NCBI GenBank assembly: GCA_009914755.4
Contig: CP068257.2
Span: forward strand, 6,240,001-6,304,000
Reading direction: 5' to 3'
DNA length: 64,000 nucleotides
Source of the DNA: the human T2T-CHM13v2.0 reference genome, Homo sapiens
Under the pieces are notes generated by a model. That model was given only the letters and a program-made list of their open reading frames with translations, was not told the DNA's origin and made no database searches. This document shows, piece after piece, positions 19,401 through 37,600 of this stretch. The first letter of the stretch is position 1; each line of letters begins with the position of its first letter. A program made the position numbers and the translations under genes.

Positions 19401-22024
19401 GGTGAAGTAACTCATCTAAATTGTGCCTACAGGAGCTTTGTGACATATCTCTGCACTGATCACCCAGGTGATGCAACTCTTCCCTATGCTCTGCCTACAG
19501 GAGGCATTTTGAAATATCTCTGCACTGATCACCCAGGTGATGTAACTCTTTTCTAGTCTCTACCTACAGAGGGTGTTCTGACATCACTCTGCAGAGATCA
19601 CCCGGGATATCTAACTCTTGTCTAGGCTCTGCCTATGGGGGCATTGTGACTTAGCTCTGCACTGATCACCCAGGAGACGTGTCTCTTGTCTAAGCTCTGC
19701 CTAGAGGGACATTGGGACATATCACTGCACTGATCACTGAGATGATGTAACTCATGTATAGGCTTCGCCTACAGGAGGCATTGAGACATATCTCTGCACT
19801 GATCACCGAGGTGATGCAACTCTTCTCTGGGATCTGCTTACAGGGGGCATTGTGACATATATCTGCCCTGATAACCCAGGTGAGGTAACTCTTGTCTAGG
19901 CTCTTCCTACTGGAGACATTGTGACATATGTCCGCACTGATCACCCAGGTGATGTCACTTTTGTCAAGGATATGGTTATAGGGATATTGTGACATGTCAC
20001 TGCACTGATCACACAGCTGATGTAACCCTTGTGTAGGCTCTGGATACAGGGGGTTGTGACACATCACTGCACTGATCACCCAGGTGATGTAACCCTTGTC
20101 TAGGCTCTGTCAAAAGGGGGCATTGTGACACAAGTCTGCACTGATCATCCAGGTGATGGGAGTCTTGTCTAGGCTCTGCCTACAGGGGCATTGTGACATA
20201 TCTCTGCAGTGATCACGCAGGTGATGTGACTCTTGTCTATATCTGCCTACTGGCGTCATTGTGGCATATTTCTGCACTGATCACCCAGGTGATGGACTCT
20301 TGTCTTGGATCTGCCTATAGGGGCATAGTGACATATCTCTACACTGATCACTCATGTGACGTAAGGCTTGTCTAAGCTGCACCTAAAGGGGAATTGTGAC
20401 AGATATTTCCACTGATCACCCAGGTGATGTAACAATTTTCTGGGATTTGTCTACAGGGGGCTTTGTGACATATCTTTGCACTGATCACCCAGGAGATGTA
20501 ATTCTACTCTAGGCTCGGCATACAGGGGCTTTGTGACATATTTCTGCACTGATCACCGAGTTGATGTAACTCTTGTCTAGTCTCCGCCTACAGGCGGTAT
20601 TGTGACGTATCTCTGCACTGGTCACCCAGGTGATGTAACATTTATCTAGGCTCTGCCTACTGCGGCGTTGTGACATAGCTCTGCACAGATCACCTAGGTT
20701 ATGTAACTCTTGTCCTCTCTCTGCCTACAGGGGGCATTGTGAAATATCTCTGCACTGATCACCCAGGTGATGGGACTCTTCTCTATACTCTGCCTAGAGG
20801 GGGATTTGTGACATATCTCTACACTGATCACCCATGTGATGGAAGCCTTGTCTAGGCTCTGTTTATGGGGGCATTGTGTCAAATGTCGGCACTGATCACC
20901 GAGGTGTTGTAACTCTTTTCTAAGCTCTGTCTACCGGGATTTTTGTGACATATCACTGCACTGATCACCTAGGTGATGTAAGCCTTGTGTGGGCTTTGCC
21001 TACAGAACGATTTGTGACATATCTATGCAATGATCTCTGAGGTGATGCAACTCTTGTCTAGGCACTGCCTACAAGGGACATTGGTACATATCTCTGCACT
21101 GATTACCCAGATGATGGACCCTTGTCTTAGATCTGCCTACATGGACATTGTGACACATCTCTGAACTGATCAATGAAGTGATGAAACTCTTGTCTAGGCT
21201 CTGCCTACAGGGGCTTTGTGACACATCTCTGCACTGATCACCCTGGGGAGGGAACTCTTGTCTACGCTCTGCCTACAGGAGGCTTTATGACTTATACCTG
21301 CACTGATAACCTAGCTGATATAACACTAGTCTAGGCTCTGCCTACACGGGAATTCTCACATATCTCTGCACTGATCACCCGGGTAATGTAACTCCTGCCT
21401 AGGTTCAGACTACAGGAGCGTTTTGACATATCTCTGCACTGATCACCCAGGTGATGTAACACTTGTCTAAGCTCTGCCTACAGGGGCATTGTGACAGATC
21501 TCTCCACTGCTCACCCAGGTGATGTAACAATTGTCTGGGCTTTGCCTGCCGGGGGATTTGTGATATACATTTCCACTGGTCAAACAGGTGATGTAACCCT
21601 TGTCAAGGTTCTGCTTACAGGGGCTTTGTGACATATCTCTGCACTGATCACCCCAGGGAGGAAACAATTGTCTACACTCTGCCTACAGGAGGCTTTACGA
21701 CTTATCCCTGCACTGATCACTAGGTGATGTAACACTTGTCTAGCCTCTGTATACACGGGAATTTTCACATATCTCTACACTGATCACCTAAGTGATGTAA
21801 CCCTTGTCTAGGTTCAGCCTACTGGGGATTTCTGACATACCTATGCACTGATCACCGAGGTGATGTAAATCATTTCCAGGCTTTTTGTAGAGGGGACATT
21901 GTGATATATCTCTGCACTGATCACCCAAATGATGCAAATCTTCTCTAGGCTCTGCAGGGAGGGGGCATTGTGACATATTTCTGAACTGATCATCCAGGAG
22001 ATGTAACTATTCTCCAGGCTTTGA
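16439..22024 (-). repeat. Beta-satellite array (- polarity)
   Basis: 68-69 bp monomers. Includes a run of 69-bp gatgcaactcttgcctaggc monomers with two perfect copies at 18241-18378. Confidence 0.9.
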
Positions 22025-22731
22025 CTAAAGAGTGTCGGAAGGTGTTGGGAGAGCCTCAGCCAGAATTTCACGGTGGACAAGGGCACAGAGAGGCCAGCTG
22101 CCTCCCTTGCAAGTCAGCTGGGGTGCGCAATGATCGCAGGTCTAGTCCGGAGGCCGGCAGAGACAGCTAGAGGTCTGAGTTCTGCCGCCAGGAGCTCCAT
22201 GGTGGCAGCTGGGAGGCTGCAGGGGCACGGGCGAGCCGGCGACGGTGGCGTGGAAGCACAGAGGAGGCGAGCCGCTGCAGGGGTATCAGGTCTGGACGCT
22301 GCGCGGGCCCGGTGTTTCACGGGTCGTGGGTCTCCACCGAGCCCAGAGGAGGATGCATTTTCCGGGGGTGGGGGGTGGGGGTGGTGAGGGAGTGGTCAGG
22401 CCGAGGTGGGGTGGTGGTAAGACATCAGGGCTCTGCCGGGTTGCTCCCACAGCCCATGTGGCTGTGCACAAACCTGTAAGTGTGCAGTAGGTGGCCCACC
22501 TGCTGGTACCTGGGCCGGATCAGGGATCCCCAGGATGCCCATGAAAGAATGGCAGTTCTCCGCTGTGTGGAGTCTCTCACTGGGCCCAGACCTAGATGGC
22601 AGGAATCCCAGGCTGTTCAGCTAGGTGAAGGGGGTTGTGGGAAGAGTTGCCCCTCCATAGCCAGCCAGGTGCTCCCCGTGATAGAGAGGCCACCACCCTG
22701 CCCCAACCCGACCCCATACCAACCACGCATC

Positions 22732-24014
<1,283 letters not shown>

Positions 24015-24134
24015 TCAGAATTTCACGGACGGACACGGGCAGAGAGAAGCCGCCGTGCTCCGTGCACCTCAGCCGGCCTGTGCACTGCGGCAGGAGCAGC
24101 CAGGAGGCCTGCCCTGACAGCCAGCCAGACGCTC

Positions 24135-24143
24135 TGATAAAGG
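24135..24143 (-). promoter_or_regulatory. Degenerate TATA-like box (tttatcag on the - strand) upstream of the unit D ORF
   Basis: Positional homologue of the box in the other units. The motif is mutated. Confidence 0.2.
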
Positions 24144-24786
24144 CCTGCAGGCAGGCATGCTCCACCCCTTGATGAATGGCGGTGAGTCCTGGGACAGACC
24201 GCCCACCCTGGAAGGGTCGCAGAGAGCCGAGGCCTGCTGGTGGTGTGGTGGGGGGAGAGGGTGTGGTGATGGTGGCGATCAGGCTGGAGAGCCTAAGAGG
24301 AAGGGGGCGAGGGGGAAGGGGTGAGGGGGCGCGTTTCTGGGGCTGGCTCTCCGGACCTCTCCAGGAATGCCGTGGGAACTGGAAGCCACTCTCTGGGCTC
24401 CCACGCATCTTCAGCAGGGAGAAACGGGACTGGGTGGGTAGAGGGAGTGTGGAACTCAACCTCCGTGGGAGTCTGGAGTGTTCCATGCCCTCTCTCCGTG
24501 AAGGAGGCAGTGCCTGTGGGTGTGGCCGTTGCCGGGACAGCCTCACACGCGCAGGCATGTGGCTCTCATTCATCAACACGTAGGAGACCAGAGCGAGACC
24601 CCAGAGAGAAGATGCCTCCCCGGCGTGATGGCCTGACGATGGACTACCGTGTGCAGCAACATGGGGAGTCTGCAGTGTGGCCGGTTTAGAAACTGGGAAG
24701 GAGAGCGAATGCACCATGCTGGTCTTCCACCCTTCCCTGCATGTTTCCGGGTGCCCGCAGAGCTCCGGGAGCAAACAGTCAGCATG

Positions 24787-27700
24787 ACACATCTCTGAAC
24801 TGATCAACAAAGTGATGTAACTCTTTTCTAGGCTCTGCCTAAAGGGGCTTTGTGACATAGCTGTGCACTGATCACTCAGGTGATGGGACTTTTGTCTAGG
24901 CTCTGCCTATGGGGGCATTGTGACATATCTCTAGACTGATCACCCAGGTGATGTAACCCTTGTGTTGGATCTGTTTATGGGGGCATTGTGACATATTTCT
25001 GCACTGATCACCCAGGTGATGGGTCTCTTATCTAGGTTCTGTGTATGGGTCCTTGTGACATAACTCTGCACTGATCACCCAGGTGATGTAACGCTTGACT
25101 AGGCTCTGCCTACGGGGCATAGTGACATATCACTGCATTGATTACTGAGGTGATGTAACTCTTGTCCAGGCTCTGCCTATAAGGGGCCTTGTGACATATC
25201 TCTGCACTGATCACCTAGGTGACGTAACACTTGCTTACACTCTGCCTGCAGGGGCATTGTGAAATATCTCTGCACTGATCACCCAGGTGATGGGACTCTT
25301 CTCTAGGCTCTGCCTACTGGGGGCATTGTCACATATTTCCGCACTGATCACCCAGGTGACGGACCCTTGTCTTGGATTTGCCTATGGGGGCATTGTGACA
25401 TATCTCTGCACTGATCACCCAAGTGATGTAACTCGGGACTAAGCTCTGCCTACAGGGGCATTTTGACAAATCTCTGCACTGTTAACCGAGGTGATGTAAC
25501 TCTTGTCTAGGCTGTGCCCACAGGGGTATTGAGACATGTCTCAGCACTGATCCCGAGGTGATCCAACTCTTGCCTGGTCTCTGCCTACTGGGGACATTGT
25601 GACATATCTCTGCACTGATCTCCCAGGTGCTGTAACTTTAGTCTAGGCTCTGTCTACACGGCATTGTGACATATCACTCCACTGATCACCCAGTTGATAT
25701 ACCTCTTGCCCAGGCTCTGCCTACTGGGGCCTTGTGACATATCTCTGCCCTGATCATCTAGGTGATGTAACTCTTGCTTACGCTCTGCCTGTTCGGGCAT
25801 TGTGAAATATCTCTGCATTGATCACCCAGGTGATGGGACTCTTCCCCAGGCTCTGCCTACTGGGGGATTGTCGCATATTTCTGCACTGATCACCCAGATG
25901 ACGGACTCTTGTCTTGGATTTACCTATGAGGGCATTGTGACAGATCTCTGCACTAGTCACTCAGGTGATGTAACTTTTGATTATGCTCTGCCTACAGGGG
26001 CTTTGTGACATATCTCTGCACTGATCACCCAGGTGATGTAACTGTTGTCTAGGCTCCACCTACAGGGGGTATTGTGACATATCTCTGCACTGATCACCAA
26101 GGTGATATAACTCTTCTCTAGGATCTGCCTACAGGGTGCTTTGTGACATATCCCTTCAATGATCACCCAGGTGACATACCAGTTGTCAAGGCTCAGCCTA
26201 CAGAGGCATTGCGATGTATCTCTGCAACAACCACCTAGGTAATGTAACTCTTGTCTGGGCTTTCCCTACAGTGGCATTGTGACATATCTCTGCACTGATC
26301 ACCCAGGTGATGTAACTCTTTTCTAGGATCTGCCTACAGGGTGCTTTGTGACATATCCCTGCAATGATCACCCAGGTGATGTACCAGTTGTCAAGGCTCT
26401 GCCTACAATGACATTGCGATGTATCTCTGAACTGATCACCTAGGTCATGTAACCCTTTTCTTGGCTCTGCCTAGAGTGGCATTGTGACATATCTATGCAC
26501 TGATCATCCAAGTGATGTAACATTTGTCTATGATCTGCCTAAAGGGTCTTTGTGACATAACTCTGCACTGATCATCCAGGTGATGGGGCTTTTGTCTAGG
26601 CTGTGCCTAAGGGGGAATTGTGACATGTTTTTGCACTGACCACCCAGGTGACGGACTCTTTTCTTGGATCTGCCTATGGGGGCATTGTGACATATCTCTG
26701 CATTGATCACCCGGGTGATGTAACTGTTGTATAAACTCTGCTGACAGGGGAATTGTGAGACATCTCGCCACTGATCACCCAACTGATGTATCTATTGTCT
26801 AGGCTTTGCCTACAGGGGGCTTTGAGACATACATTTTCACTGATCACCCAGGTGATGTAACTCATCTAAGTTCTGCCTACAGGAGCTTTGCGACATATTT
26901 CTGCACTGATGACTTAGGGGATGTAACACTATTATAAGCACTGCCTCCAGGGAATTTTGACAAATCTCTGCACTGATCACCTAGGTGATGAAACTCTTGT
27001 CTACACTCTGCCCAAATGGGGAATTGTGAAATATCTCTGCACGGATCACCCAGGTGATTCAACTCTTGTCTACGATCTGCCTACAGGGGGTATTGTGAAA
27101 TATCAATGCACTGATCAGCTAGGTGATGTAACACTTGTCAACCTCTGTCTACAGGGGAGTTTACACATATCCCTGAACTGATGACACAGGTGATGTAACT
27201 CGTGCCTAGGCTTTGCCTACAGGGGACACTGTGACATATCTCTGCACTGATCCCCCAGGTGATGCAACTATTCTCTATGATCTGCCTACAGGGGAAATTG
27301 TGACATAACTCTGCACTTATCACCCAGGTGATGCAACGCTTCTCTATGCCCTTCCTACAGGGGGTATTGTGACATATCTCTGCACTGATCACCCAGGTGT
27401 TGTAACCCTTTTCTAGTCTCTGCCTATGGCGGGCGTTGTGAATCACTCTGCACGGATCACCCGGGTTATGTAACTCTTGTCTAGGCTCTGCCTATAGGCG
27501 CTTTGTGACTTATCACTGCACTGATCACCCAGGAGATGTGACTCTTGTCTAAGCTCTGCCCAGAGGGACATTGGGACATATCTCTGCACTGATCGCTGTG
27601 GTGATTTAAAACTTGTCTAGGCTTTGCCTACAGTGGGATTTATGACATATCTCTGCGCTGATCACCCAGGTGATGTAACTCTTGTCTAGGCTGTGCTTAC

Positions 27701-28855
27701 AGGGGGTATTGTGAGATATCTCTGCACTGATCACCCAGGCGATGTAACTCTTTTCTAGGCTCTGTGTACAGGGATTTTTGTGACATACCACTGCACTGAT
27801 CACTTGGTGATGTAAGCCTTGTATGGGCTTTGCGTACAGAAGGCTTTGTGACATATCTATGCACTGATCTCTAAGGTGATGCAACTCTTGTCTAGGCATT
27901 GCCTACAGGGGACATTGGTACATATCTCTGCACTGATCACCCAGGTGATTGACTCTTGTCTTAGATCTGCCTACATGGAAGTTGTGACACATCTCTGAAC
28001 TGATCAACCAAGTGATGAAACTCTTGTCTAGGCTCTGCCTACCGGGGCTTTGTGACACATCTCTGCACTGATCTCCCTTGGGAGGAAACTCTTATCTACG
28101 CTCTGCCCACAGGAGGCCTTATGACTTATACCTGCACTGATAACGTAGGTGATGTAACAGTTGTCTAGACTCTGCCTAAACGGGAATTCTCTCATATCTC
28201 TTCACTGATCACCTGGGTGATGTAACTCCTGTCTAGGTTCAGCCTACAGGAGCATTTTGACATATCTCTACACTGATCACCCAGGTGATGTAACCCTTGT
28301 CTAAGCTATGCCTACAGGGCTATTGTGAAACGTCTCTCCACTGTTCACCCAGGTGATGTAATAATTGTCTGGGCTTTGCCTACAGGGGGCTTTGTGATAT
28401 ACATTTCCACTGATCAAACAGGTGATGTAACCCTTGTCAAGGTTCTGCTTACAGGGGCTTTGTGACATTACTCTGCACCGATCACCCCAGGGAGGAAACA
28501 GTTTTCTAAACCCTGCCTATAGAAGGATTTATGACTTATCCCTGCACTGATCACTAGGTGATGTAACACTTGTCTAGGGTCTGTCTACACGGGAATTTTC
28601 ACATATCTCTACACTGATCATCTAAGTGATGTAACCCTTGTCTAGGTTCAGGCTGCTGGGGATTTCTGACATACCTATGCACTGATCACCGAGGTGATGT
28701 AAATCATTTCCAGGTTTATTGTACAGCGGACATTGTGATATATCTCTCCACTGATCACCCAAATGATGCAAATCTCTAGGCTCCGCAGGGAGGAGCATTG
28801 TGACATATTTCTGAACTGATCGTCCAGGAGATATAACTATTCTCCAGGCTTTGAC
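24787..28855 (-). repeat. Beta-satellite array (- polarity)
   Basis: 68-bp tandem monomers. The first 0.9 kb matches the conserved upstream flank of the other cores. Confidence 0.9.
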
Positions 28856-29562
28856 TAAACAGCGTTGGAAGGTGTTGGGAGAACCTCAGCGGGAATTTCA
28901 CGGACCGACAAGGGCACAGAGAGAACTGAGACCTCCCTTGCACGTCAGCCAGGGTGCTCAATGAGCGCAGGTCTAGCCAGGAGGCTGTCAAAGAGAGCTA
29001 GAGGTCTGGTTTCTGCCGCCAGGTGGTCCATGGTGGCAGCTGGGAGGCTGCAGAAGCACGGGCGCGACAGTGACGGTGGCGCGGAGCCGCAGAGGCGGCA
29101 AGCCGCCGGAGGGGTGTGAGGCCTGGAGGCTGCGCGGTACCGGTGTTTCACGGGACGGGGGTCTCCACCCAGCCCAGGGGAGGATGCATTTTCCTGGGCT
29201 GGAGTGTGGGTGTGGGGAGGGGGTGATCAGGCGGGGTGGGGTGGTGGAAAGGCATGAGAACACTGCCTGGGCTGCTCCCACAGCCCAGGCGACTGCCCGC
29301 AATCCCTCGCGTGCACAGTAGGCGGCCAACCTGCTGGTATCTGGACTGGCTCTGGGATCCCCGGGATGCCCAGGAAAGAATGGCAGTTCTCCGCTGGGTG
29401 GAGCCTCTCACCAGGCCTAGACCTAGAAGGCAGGAATCCCAGGCCGGTCAGCCTGGTGGATGGGGCGGGGGGAAGACACGTCCCTCCATAGCCAGCCAGG
29501 TGTTCCCCGGGAAACACAGGCCACCGCCCTGCCCCGACCCGACACCTTCCCAACCCCGCGTC

Positions 29563-31002
<1,440 letters not shown>

Positions 31003-31628
31003 TCACGAATGGTTGTGAGCCCTCGGACAGCCCGCCCCACCACGGAAGGATCCCAGGGCCTCGAGTCCTGTGGCAGGGGTGTGGTGGAGTGGGGTGGGAG
31101 GGCGTGGTGATGGCCGTGGTGGGGCCGGAGACACGAAGAGGAAGTGGGAGAGGGGGAAGGTGTGGGGCGGGGGCGTTTCAGGCGCTGGCTCTTAGGACTG
31201 CTCCAGGAATCCCGAGGGAACTGGAAGCCACTCTCTGGGCTCCCATGCGTCTTCAGCAGGGAGAAACCGGCCTGCGAGGGTGGAGGGGAGTGTAGAACTG
31301 AATATCCATGGGAGTCTTGAGTGTTCCAGGCCCTCTCTCCGTGAAGGAGGCAGTGCCTGTGGGTGTCGCCATTGCCAGCGCAGTCTCACAAAGGCAGGCG
31401 TTTGGCTCTCGTTCATTTCCACGTTGGAGACCAGAGCCAGACCCCAGAGAGAAGATGCCTCCACGGCGTGATGGCCTGACGATGGATTCCTGTGTGCGGC
31501 AACATGGGAAGTCTGCAGTGTGGCCGGTTTGGAAACTGGCAAGAGAGCGAAGGCACCATACCAGTCTTCCACCCTTCCCTGCATGTTTCCGGGGGCCTGC
31601 AGAGCTCCGGGAGCAAACAGTCAGCATG

Positions 31629-34600
31629 ACACATCTCTGAACTGATCAACAAAGTGATGTAACTCTTGTCTAGGTTCTACCTACAAGGGCTTTGTGACAT
31701 ATCACTGCACTGATCACCCAGGTCATTCAACTCTTGTCTAGGATCTGCCTACAGGGGGTATTGTGAAATATCTCTGCACTGATCAACTAGGTGATGTTAC
31801 CCTTGCTAGGCTCTGCCTACAGGGGCGTTTTCACATACCCCTGAACTGATGACAAAGGTGATGTAACTCATGCCTAGACTTTGCCTACAGGGCACATTGT
31901 GACATATCTCTGCACTGATCACTCAGGTGATGTAACTATTGTCTAGGCTCTGCTTAAAAGGGCCTTGTCACATATCTCTGCACTGATCATCCAGGAGATG
32001 TAACTCTTGCCTAGGATCTGCTTACAGGTGGTATTGTGACATATCTCTGCACTGATCACCTAAGTGATGTAACAGTTGTGTAGGCTCTGCCTACAGGGGC
32101 ACCTTGACATATCTCTGCACTGTTAACCGAGGTGATGTAACACTTGTCTAGGCTGTGCCCACAGGGGGATTGAGACATATCTCTGCAATGATCGCGAGGT
32201 GATCGAAGTCTTGCGTGGTCTCTGCCTACTGGGGACATTGTGACATATCTCTGCACTGATCTCCCAGGTTCTGTAACTTTAATCTAGTCTCTGGCTACAA
32301 GGCATTGTGACATATCACTGCACTGATCACCCAGATGATATAACTCTTGTCTAGGCTCTACCTACAGGGGGATTGTGACATATCTCTGCAATGATAACCC
32401 AGATGATATAACTCTTCTCTAGGATCTGCCTACATGGTGATTTGTGACATATACCTGCAATGATCACCCAGGTGATATACCACTTGTCAAGGCTCTGCCT
32501 AGAGGGGCATTGCAATGTATCTCTGCAGTGATCACCTAGGTCATGTAACTCCTGTCTAGGCTCTGCCTACAGTGGCATTGTGACATATCTCTGCACTGAT
32601 CAACCAGGTGATGTAACTCTTTTCTAGGATCTGCCTACAGGGTGCTTTGTGACATATCCCTGCAATGATCACCCAGGTGATGTACCACTTGTCAAGACTC
32701 AGCCTACAGAGACATTGTGATGTATCTCTGCACTGATCACCTAGGTCATGTAACTCTTTTCTAGGCTCTGCCTACCGTGGCATTTTGACATATCTTTGCA
32801 CTGATCACCCAGGTGATGTAACAATTATCTAGGATCCGCCTAAAGGGACTTTGTGACATAACTCTGCACTGATCATCCAGGTGATGGAGCATTTGTCTAC
32901 GATCTGCCTAAGGGGGCATTGTGACATATTTCTGCACTGATCACCCAGGTGACGGACTCTTGTCTTGGATCTGCCTATGGGGGCATTGTGACATACCTCT
33001 GCACTGATCACCCAGGTGATATAACTGCTGTATAAGCTGTGCCTACAGGGGAATTGTGAGAGATCTCGCCACTGATCACCCAAGTGATGAAACTATTGTC
33101 TAGGCTTTGCCTACAATGACATACCTTTGCACTGATAATCCAGGTGATGTAACTCATCTAAGTCCTGCCTACAGGAGCTTAGTGACATATCTCTGCACTG
33201 ATCACTTAGGTGATTTCACACTTTTATAAGCACTGCCTACAGGGAATTTTGACAAATCTCTGCACTGATCACCTAGGTGACGTAAACCTTGTCTGCCCAC
33301 TGCCCAAAGGGGGCACTGGGAAATATCTCTGCACTGATCACCCAGGTGATTCAACTCTTGTCTAGGTTCTGCCTACAAGGGGTAATGTGAAATATCTCTG
33401 CACTGATCAACTAGGTGATGTAACTCTTGTCTAGGCTCTGACTACAGGGTACATTGTGACATATCTCTGCACTGATCACCCAGGTGATGCAACTCTTCTC
33501 TATGCTGTGCCTACAGGGGACATTGTGACATATCTCTGAACTGATCACCCAGGTGATGCAACTCTTTTCTATGCTCTGCCTACAGGGGGCATTGTGATAT
33601 ATCGCTGCACTAATCACCCAGGTGATTCCACTCTTGTCTAGGATCTGCCTACAGGGGGTATTGTGAAATACCTCTGCACTGATCAACTTGGTGATGTAAC
33701 TCTTGTCTAGGCTCTGCCTGCAGGGGTGTTTTCACATATCCCTGAATTGATGACAAAGGTGATGTAACTCTTGTCTAGGCTCTGCCTATGGGGGCATTGT
33801 GACTTATCTCTGCACTGATCACGCAGGAGATGTGACACTTGTCTAAGCTCTGCCTAGAGGGACATTGGGACATGTCACTGCACTAATCTCTGAGGTGATG
33901 TAAAACTTGTCTAGGCTTTGCTTACAGTGGGATTTATGACATATCTCTGCACTGATCACCCAGGTGATGTAACTCTTGTCTAGGCTCTGCTTACAGGGGG
34001 TATTGTGAGATATATCTGCACTGATCACTCAGGCGATGTAACCCTGGTCTAGGCTCTGCCTACAGGGGCATTTTCACATATCACTGTACTGATCATGGAG
34101 ATAATGTAACTCTTGTATAGGCTTTGCCTACAGGGGACATTGAGACATATCTCTTCACTGATCACCGAGGTGATGTATCTCTTGTCTATGCTCTGCCTAC
34201 TGGAGACATTGTGATATATCTCCGCACTGATAACCCAGGTGATGTCACTTTTGTCAAGGATATGGCTACAGGCAGATTGTGACATGTCACTGCACTGATC
34301 ACATAGCTGATGTAACACTTGTCTAGGCTCTGGCAACACGGAGCTTGTGACACATCTATGCACTGATCACCCAGGTGATGTAAACCTTGTCTAGGCTCTG
34401 CCAAAAGGAGGCATTGTGACATAACTCTGCAATGATCACCCAGCTGATGGGACTCTTGTCCAGGCTCTGCCTACAGAGGCATTGTGACGTGTCTACTCAG
34501 TGATCACGCAGGTGATGTAACTCATGTCTATATCTGCCTACTGGCGGCATTGTGTCATATTTCTGCACTGATCACCCTGGTGATGGACTCTTGTCTTGGA

Positions 34601-37600
34601 TCTGCCTATGGGGGCATAGTGACATATCTCTGCACTGATCGCTCATGTGATGTAATGCTTGTCTAAGCTGTGCCTAAAAGGGAATTATGACAGATATCTC
34701 CACTGATAACCCAGGTGATGTAACAATTTTCTGGGATTTGTCTACACGGCCTTTGTGACATATATTTGCACTGATCACCCAGCAGATGTAACTCTTGTCT
34801 AGGATCGGCCTTCAGGGGCATTGTGACATATTTCTGTACTGATCAACCAGGTGATGTAACTCTTGTCTAGGCCCCGCCTACAGGGGGTATTGTGACGTAT
34901 CTCTGCACTGATCAGCCAGGTGATGTAATATTTATCTAGGATCTGCCTACAGGGGTGTTTGACATAGCTCTGCACAGATCACCTAGGTTATGTTACTCTT
35001 GTACACTCTCTGCTTACAGGGGGCATTGTGAAATATCTCTGCACTGATCACCCAGGTGATGTAACAGTTGTCTAGGCTCTGCTTACAGGGGGTATTGTGA
35101 GTTATCTCTGCGCTGATCACTAAGGTGATGGAAGTCTTCTCTAGGCTCTGTCTATGGGTGCATTGTGTCATATATCTGCATTGATCATCCAGGTGATGTA
35201 ACTCTTGTCTAGGCTCTGCCTACAGGGTCATTTTAACATATCACTGCACTGATCACCGAGATGATGTAACTCTTGTATAGGCTTCGCCGACAGGGGGCAT
35301 TGAGACATATCTCTGCACTGATCAAAGTGGTGATGCAACTCTTGTCTGGGATCTGCCTACAGGGGACATTGTGACATATCTCTGCACTGATCACCCTCGT
35401 GATGCAACTCTTCTCTATGCTCTGCCTACAGGAGACATTGTGAAATATATCTGCATTGATCACCCTGGTGAAGCAACTCTCCTCTATGCTCTGCCTACAG
35501 GGGGCATTGTGACATATCTCTGCACTGATCACCCTGGTTATGTAACTCTTGTCTAGGCTCTGCCTACGAGGGCATTGTGACTTATCTCTGCACTGATCAC
35601 CCAGGAGATGTAACTTTTGTCTAGGCTCTGCCTACTGGAGACATTGTGACATACCTCCACACAGATCACCCAGGTGATGTCACTTTTGTCAAGGATATGG
35701 CCACAGGGACATTGTGACATGTCACTACACTGATCACACAGCTGATGTAACACTTGTCTAGGCTCTGGCTACAGGGGGCTTGTGACACATCTCTGCACTG
35801 ATCATCCAGGTGATGTAACCCTTGTCTAGGCTCTTCCAAAAGGGGCACTGTGAAATAAATCTGCACTGATAACCCAGGTGATGGGACTCTTGTCTAGGCT
35901 CTGCCTACAGGGGCATTGTGACATATCTCTGCAGTGATCACGCAGGTGATGTAACTCTTTTCTATATCTGCCTACTGGCGGCATTGTGGCATATTTCTCC
36001 ACTGATCACCCGGGTGATGGACTCTTGTCTTGGATCTGCCTATGGGGGCATAGTGACGTATCTCTGCACTGATCAGTCATGTGGTGTAACGCTTCTCTAA
36101 CATGAGCCTAAAGGGGAATTGTGACAGACATCTCCACTGATCACCCAGGTGATGTAGCAATTTTCTCGGATTTGCCTACAGGGTGGTTTATGACATATCA
36201 TTGCACTGATCACCCAGGAGATGTAACTCTTGTCTAGGCTCTGCCTACAGGGGCTTTGAGACGTATTTCTGCACTGATCACCCAGGTTATATAACTCTTG
36301 TCTAGGCTTTGTCTACAGGGGGTTTTTGACATATCTCTGCACTGATCACCCAGGTGATATAACTCTTCCCTAGGATCTGCCTACAGGGTGCTTTGTGACA
36401 TATCCCTGCAATGATCACCTAGGTGATATATCACTTGCCAAGGCTCTGCCTACAGGGGCATTGCAATGTATCTCTGCACTGATCACCTAGGTCAGGTAAC
36501 TCTTGTCTAGGCTCTGCCTACAGTGGCATTGTGATATACCTCTACACTGATCACCCAGGTGATGTAACTCTTTTCCAAGATCTGCCTACAGGGTGCTTTG
36601 TGGCACATCCCTGAAATGATCACCCAGGTGATGTACCACTTGTCAAGGCTCTGCCTACTGGGAAATTGCGATGTATCTCTGCACTGATCACCTAGGTCTT
36701 GTAACTCTTGTCTAGGCTCTGCCTACAGTGGCATTGTGACATATCTCTGCACTGATCATCCAAGTGAAGTAACACTTGTCTAGGATCTGCCTAAAGGGAT
36801 TTTGTGATATAATTCTGCACTGATAATCCAGGTGATGGGGCCTTTGTCTAGGATCTGCTTAAGGGGGCATTGTGACAAATTTCTCCACTGATCACCCAGG
36901 TGACGGACTCTTCTCTTGGATCTGCCTATGGGGACACTGACACATCTCTGCTCTGATCACCCAGGTGATGTAACTGTTTTATAAGCTCTGCAGACAGGGG
37001 AATTGGAAGAGATCTCGCCACTGATCACCCAAGTGATGTAACTATTGTCTAGCCTTTGCCTACAGGGGGCTTTATGACATACCTTTGCACTGATCACCCA
37101 GGTGATGTATCTCATCTAAGTTCCGCCTACAGGAGCTTTGTGACATATCTCTGCACTGATCACTTAGGTGATGTAACACATTTCTAGGCACTGCCTACAG
37201 GGAAATTTGACAAGTCTCTGCAATGATCACCTAGGTGATGTAACTCTTTTCTACCCTCTGCCCAAAGTGGGCATTGTGAAATATCTCTGCACTGATCACC
37301 CAGGTGATTCAACTCTTGTCTAGGATCTGCCTACAGGGGGTATTGTGAAATATCTCTGCACTGATCAACTAGGTGATGTAACTCTTGTCTAGGCTCTGCC
37401 TACAAGGGCGTTTTCACATATCCCTGAACTGATGACACAGCTGATGTGAGTCTTGCCTATGCTTTGCCTACAGGGGACGTTGTGACATATCTCTGCACTG
37501 ATCACCCTCGTGATGCAACTCTTCTCTATGCTCTGCCTACAGGAGACATTGTGAAATATATCTGCATTGATCACCCTGGTGATGCAACTCTCCTCTATGC